Below are positions 63,502 to 64,000 of a stretch of 64,000 nt of DNA, in pieces. The DNA is from Octopus sinensis. Lineage: Eukaryota. The notes beneath the pieces are model-generated. The model was not told where the DNA came from, did no database searches, and was given only the letters and a program-made list of their open reading frames with translations. Both the position numbers and the translations under genes were made by a program. The stretch spans positions 91,574,001 to 91,638,000 of the forward strand of contig NC_043001.1 in NCBI RefSeq assembly GCF_006345805.1, written 5' to 3'. Position 1 is the first letter of the stretch. Every line of letters begins with the position of its first letter.

Positions 63502-64000
63502 ATCTGTATGTGCTTGTGTGTGTCTTTGTCCCCGTAACTTATTGGTTCGGCGAAAGTGCCGAAAGAAGCACTGGGATTGATTCATTAGACTAAAAAATTC
63601 TTCAAGGCGGTGCTCTAGCATGGCCGCAGTCTAATGACTTAAACAAGTGAAAGATAAAAGATATGCATGTACCGCAAAATATGTACAGTATTTAAGTTAT
63701 TTTTGTGCTTCCAATCTTGTTTGTGATTTTATCTTGAAGTTGACACATAATTATAATCGAGCTAAAGAAATAATTATTAAAAAAATAAAAGAAGTTATTT
63801 GTGTATTTGAATGATTAAGAATGCATCACCTGATCTTTTGTACAGTAGCTTTGCATAGCAGCTTCTATACTTGAGCAACACGAATAAATTTCATACATTT
63901 TTTTGTTATAATTAAATATCAATAAATACGTGGTTTACGTGACTGTCGAACTCGTTTTTGATAAGGGGGAACTACATGTGTAGAGTAAGTTGAATGTTAC

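Overview
AT-rich, microsatellite-saturated eukaryotic DNA made almost entirely of transposable-element debris. The SINE families and repeat landscape suggest a coleoid cephalopod, most likely Octopus (inference from recall, not verified). No host protein-coding exon can be supported; most ORF-track entries are translated microsatellites. The one clear host gene is a tRNA-Gln(UUG) at 9299-9370 (-). The largest element is a near-full-length Tx1/L1-clade LINE (~25.7-32.0 kb; gag-knuckle ORF1, APE-RT ORF2 with two frameshifts), followed directly by a second, diverged 3'-end-only copy; both end in AATAAAGAAACA followed by (TATC)n. Its last ~50 nt match the 3' tail of an abundant tRNA-derived SINE in the window, suggesting a SINE/LINE partnership. 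Other contents: a 5'-truncated RTE LINE with a ~65-bp target duplication nested in a ~5-kb non-autonomous Helitron; CR1 and RTE remnants; Tc1/mariner derivatives and MITEs; a Merlin-like foldback MITE carrying TTAGGG repeats; a Helentron-like (HINE) element; a ~210-bp repeat with a minimal hammerhead-ribozyme motif; a cluster of near-perfect palindromes at 44.8-47.4 kb; a 100-N gap flanked by a probable false duplication; and a 1.18-kb tandem duplication. Boundaries of degenerate repeats are approximate (+/- 20-30 nt).
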